DNA of 64,000 nucleotides from Candidatus Woesearchaeota archaeon (GTDB lineage Archaea; Nanobdellota; Nanobdellia; Woesearchaeales; UBA583): NCBI GenBank assembly GCA_965205335.1, contig OZ242164.1, positions 1 to 64,000 of the forward strand, read 5' to 3'. Shown piece by piece: positions 60,344 to 64,000 of this stretch (position 1 is its first letter; each line of letters starts with the position of its first letter). The notes under the pieces were generated by a model. It saw only the letters and a program-made list of their open reading frames with translations, ran no database searches and was not told where the DNA came from. The position numbers and the translations under genes were made by a program.

Positions 60344-60729
60344 TCCCAATATATTCAATTAATTTCCATTCTTCAAATTTACATCAATAACAACTCTGTA
60401 ATTAATGGGAATAATTCTTGCTTTGTTTTTAAGTTGATTAAAAGTTTTAAGTATAATTCTCAAATCTTCATTTGATAAATCCTCTTCAACTAATTCTAAG
60501 AATCTTGATTCCTTTCTTTTTGTGAATATCGAAAGAAGCTTTTCAACATTGCTTAATCTCCTATTAAATTATTAAAGTTCTTTCAACATTTTTAAACCTA
60601 AATCAGTCATTTTATATCTACGACAATTTCCAGATTTAAGATTTATATATTCAACTAAATTTATTTTTGTCAAGAATTGCTTTATTTATATAGTATTTTA
60701 AGTTCTCTTGAATTTCCGGACAGAGTCTA

Positions 60730-63012
60730 TCAGTAATTATCTAATCTCTCTAAAAGAACCTTTTTATTATATTTAAAATCCTCATATTCTGCTTTTGTAA
60801 CCTTTCCTCTTTCAGGATGCGAAATTTTCTTTCTTATATTGTTAAATCTAACAAACCATTCTAGTTGTTTTTTCTTCCCATCAGTTTTCTTTCCAATTCC
60901 ATATTTATCTTTAAATAATTCCCAATTAGTATAAATTATCTCAGAATAATGTATTAAATCAAAACACTCTTCATAATTTTCTAATTTCTCCTCTTCTTTT
61001 CTTGCAGAAACATTTTTTCTTACATTTATGGGGACTCCCTCATACCACCAACCATTAATTTCATTACCAAATTCTTCTTTTAACGTTTTTAATACATCTT
61101 TATTAATTTGTAATTGTAGTTTTGGTAAGCATTTTCTAATTTCTTCAGTATATTTTGAATCATTATCTTGTAAGTATCGTTTCAACCCCTGAGGCTCAAA
61201 TTTTGGAAATTTCTCATGAATCTTTGTCATCATACTATATGCACAATTCCTTTGACCTGCCACCCCAAATTGAGTTTTATAATTCTTTAATTCTTCTGAA
61301 GTTATATTATTAAAGTAATTGCTAACTGGTTCTAAATAAGGATAGATATATTCCATCAATTCTTCTTCATTCACATTAATAAGATCATAAGAGGTTTCAC
61401 TTTGAACATGTTTTAGAATTTCTTTAAAAAGAAGTAAGAGTGCAACAAGTCCATTGTTTGTACATAAATAGCCCCCTTCATAAGATCCCAAATCCCAGTT
61501 TCCTGAATTTTTCTCTGCAAAAAAACTGAAATATAATTTTAATATCTCTTTGGATCTCTCTAAAGAACTTTCCATAACAGGATCTTTTAAAGAATATAAA
61601 ATGTATGGATTTAATTTTTTTGAAGATTTATCAACATACCCTAATAATTTTAATTGCTTGAGAATTGTTGTTAAGGTAGTAGGAGTAATTGGGACATCTC
61701 TTCCTTCATTCTTGTTAGAAGATTTTATTTTTCTAAATAAAGGAGAATTATTTTCTGTTCCTAAATCATTTACTAATTTGGATATTAGGGCTAACATCCT
61801 TTCGCTCTCACTATCGGAATTCCAAAATAAATTTGAATATAATTCTTCCAACAAATTCTTAGGAACATTCTTTTGTTTAGAGTTTATATCTACAAAGTAT
61901 TTGGCTTGATCTGAAGGATCTAGATTTTCAAATGCTATGACAGGAATGGAATGCTTATCAGCCTCTTTAGTTCCTATAAAACCATATAATCTATGTTGCC
62001 CATCGATAATCCAAGCAGATTTATATTTTGCTGGAAGATATAAATATCCAAACTTAGAATTTACAATATTTTCTTGATTACTTAGCTGATCAAATCTCAA
62101 ATTATTTTTAGAAGTCCTGAAATTGATAATAATACTATTTGGGAATAAGCCATTATCTTGAATATATTTTTTAATAGATTTTAATTTGGCTCTTGAAATT
62201 ATTCTCTGATATGAGTCTAATTCATCCTTAGTCTGTAATTTATGTGCTACAAAAGATATTGGTAATAGTTTAGAAGGTTCTATCAGAAAAGAATAGAAGA
62301 TTTGATTATTTATTTTGCCTCTAATAGCTGGCACTTTAATATTTAATCCCTTAATTCCTTGTCCTTCAAAAAACTCAGAGAGTAATTGATATTTAGCTGA
62401 AGGCCCTATCTGTTGTATAATTGCTTCATAGTACTCAATTTTATCATAATCTATAATCTTAATATTGTTGGCCTCTGCTAATTCTATGTCTGGTTTATTT
62501 AGAATTATATTTTTGAGTGCTAGTACAAAACATACTCTAATCTCTTTATTATAGTGTTCTTTGATAGATCTAATAATTTCTCCTCTAATCCCATTAATCT
62601 CACTAATTTCTTTTCTTAGACTCCTTTTAGAAGACTCTTGAGATGATTTGCATTCGACTATTAAGGCAACATTTTCCTCTTTAGCAAAAACATCTACTTG
62701 TTTGGGATTAGTTTCCTTATTTTTTGAAATTGGAATCTTGAAATTTCTGTCTTCATTCATTTCGTTAAAACCAATCTTAGAAAACATACACCAAACTTTT
62801 TCCTCAAATTGAAGATCATAGGACTTTTCTTTCCTTAATTTAGTTTGAGTTTTTAACTCTTTATAGATTTCCCAACCTTCTTCAAGGTAAGGGTGTTCGG
62901 TTCCTTTTTTAACATTCGAATAAAAAAACTTATCCTTTTTTTTATTTCCTAGTTTTCTTATTTTTTCATCACCAATGATTAATTTATTTAAGATTATTGT
63001 TTCTTCTTCCAT
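60730..63012 (-). CDS. DGQHR (DndB-like) domain protein with N-terminal PD-(D/E)xK nuclease and C-terminal Swt1/HEPN-like domain
   Basis: QVDVFA...IVECKS; YQR...FPNSIIIN...IIDGQHR; WWYEGVP...NNIRKKISH. Confidence 0.85.
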   Translation of the reverse strand: MEEETIILNKLIIGDEKIRKLGNKKKDKFFYSNVKKGTEHPYLEEGWEIYKELKTQTKLRKEKSYDLQFEEKVWCMFSKIGFNEMNEDRNFKIPISKNKETNPKQVDVFAKEENVALIVECKSSQESSKRSLRKEISEINGIRGEIIRSIKEHYNKEIRVCFVLALKNIILNKPDIELAEANNIKIIDYDKIEYYEAIIQQIGPSAKYQLLSEFFEGQGIKGLNIKVPAIRGKINNQIFYSFLIEPSKLLPISFVAHKLQTKDELDSYQRIISRAKLKSIKKYIQDNGLFPNSIIINFRTSKNNLRFDQLSNQENIVNSKFGYLYLPAKYKSAWIIDGQHRLYGFIGTKEADKHSIPVIAFENLDPSDQAKYFVDINSKQKNVPKNLLEELYSNLFWNSDSESERMLALISKLVNDLGTENNSPLFRKIKSSNKNEGRDVPITPTTLTTILKQLKLLGYVDKSSKKLNPYILYSLKDPVMESSLERSKEILKLYFSFFAEKNSGNWDLGSYEGGYLCTNNGLVALLLLFKEILKHVQSETSYDLINVNEEELMEYIYPYLEPVSNYFNNITSEELKNYKTQFGVAGQRNCAYSMMTKIHEKFPKFEPQGLKRYLQDNDSKYTEEIRKCLPKLQLQINKDVLKTLKEEFGNEINGWWYEGVPINVRKNVSARKEEEKLENYEECFDLIHYSEIIYTNWELFKDKYGIGKKTDGKKKQLEWFVRFNNIRKKISHPERGKVTKAEYEDFKYNKKVLLERLDNY

Positions 63013-63013
63013 T

Positions 63014-63859
63014 TTAACACATAATAAGTAGCTCTTCAATTTCTCCTCTTCCATTTGGATTAGAATTAATAAATCTAGGAGCTTTGATTTCAACAATATT
63101 AAAACCCTCAGGTTCATATAACTTTATGATTTCTGGAAGTTTATTATTACTTAGAACTACTGTTACTGACTTTTTTTTTAATTCCTTCATAAAAGCTAAT
63201 AAATTCAATCTTTCATCAAAAGTAAAACTTTCTTTAGTATATTGAGTAAAACTTGTTTTTTTTAAAGGATCATAGCAAGGATCTAAATATACAAAATCAC
63301 CTCTTTTTAATGATTTTAATATCTCTTTATAATCTTGGTGTATGATTCTTACACCTTTTAATAATTCACTTGCAAATAGAAGTTTATTCTCATTAACAAT
63401 CTCTGGACTTTTATACTTTCCATAAGGCACATTAAATTCTCCTTTTTTATTAACTCTATATAAGCCATTAAAGCATGTTTTATTAAGATATATAAAAGCT
63501 GCAGCTCGCTTGACACCTCTAAATTTATTTGTATTAAATTTTTTTCTAACTTGATAAAAAAAATCTTCTGAATTGTTTTTTTTAAAATAATATTTAAGAT
63601 ATCTAATAACCAATTTAGGTTTTATCTGAACTGCTTTGTATGTCTCAATTAAATCCTTGTTTATGTCTGAAATTTCACAATTTTTAGGAGAATATTTCTG
63701 ATAAATATAAAAGAAAACAGAACCTGCTCCAAGAAAAGGTTCATAATAGTTTATTATATTATTTGGGAAATAATTGTCTAATTTATTAATTATAGATCTT
63801 TTTCCTCCTGCCCATTTCAGAAATGTGGGTATTTTTATTTTAGAACTATCCTTCCTCAT
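63014..63859 (-). CDS. dam: Dam-family DNA adenine methyltransferase
   Basis: FLKWAGGK, EPFLGAGSV, YLNKTCFNGLYRVN, DFVYLDPCY. Confidence 0.95.
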   Translation of the reverse strand: MRKDSSKIKIPTFLKWAGGKRSIINKLDNYFPNNIINYYEPFLGAGSVFFYIYQKYSPKNCEISDINKDLIETYKAVQIKPKLVIRYLKYYFKKNNSEDFFYQVRKKFNTNKFRGVKRAAAFIYLNKTCFNGLYRVNKKGEFNVPYGKYKSPEIVNENKLLFASELLKGVRIIHQDYKEILKSLKRGDFVYLDPCYDPLKKTSFTQYTKESFTFDERLNLLAFMKELKKKSVTVVLSNNKLPEIIKLYEPEGFNIVEIKAPRFINSNPNGRGEIEELLIMC

Positions 63860-63911
63860 TAAAGGTTAATTATTTTACTTATTTAAATAATTTTCTCTTA
63901 TTCTTGTAGTG

Positions 63912-64000
63912 TGTAGTGCCATGATATATGTCGCCAGTCTAAAAATTAACAAGACTTGTTAATTCTATGAAAAAAGACAAAACTAGGAAAGTTTTCATAA
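63912..64000 (+). mobile_element. possible left end of a second IS481-like element running off the window
   Basis: TGTAGTGCC... followed ~55 bp later by ATG MKKDKTRKVFI, mirroring MKKEHLRREFI 54 bp into the 19758 element. Confidence 0.4.

Noticed and set aside
24183-64000. Intact provirus or conjugative element
   Set aside because: No capsid, terminase, packaging ATPase, VirB4, replicase or integrase recognised

Overview
AT-rich window from a small-genome archaeon, probably DPANN (Woesearchaeota/Pacearchaeota-like). The evidence is an archaeal proteasome alpha subunit, archaeal ValRS, the uL1-uL10(P0)-P1 ribosomal operon and an A1-U72 tRNA-Gln, mixed with bacterial-type genes (long RelA/SpoT, glyA, tmk, U32 family, nth, htpX). 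Bases ~1-15000 and ~21000-24000 are mostly housekeeping. Bases ~15500-20700 and ~24050-64000 are accessory. They hold IS6- and IS481-family elements and two families of IS6-type MITEs, some stacked end-to-end on one 8-bp target. They also hold an IS6 transposon carrying a Vsr/REase/C5-MTase cassette, about ten RelE/MazF/PIN/HEPN toxin-antitoxin modules (many chimeric or decayed), two Fic genes, an Hhe-like helicase, an Mrr-like nuclease and a Dam + DGQHR pair. Three DNA-level tandem-repeat proteins stand out: a 33-aa TALE/Bat-like array, a 32/34-aa mTERF-like array and a 20-aa hypervariable LRR-like array. There is also a D-arm-less tRNA-like RNA, and recurrent palindromes lie at module junctions. 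All calls come from reading motifs by eye; no database searches were run.
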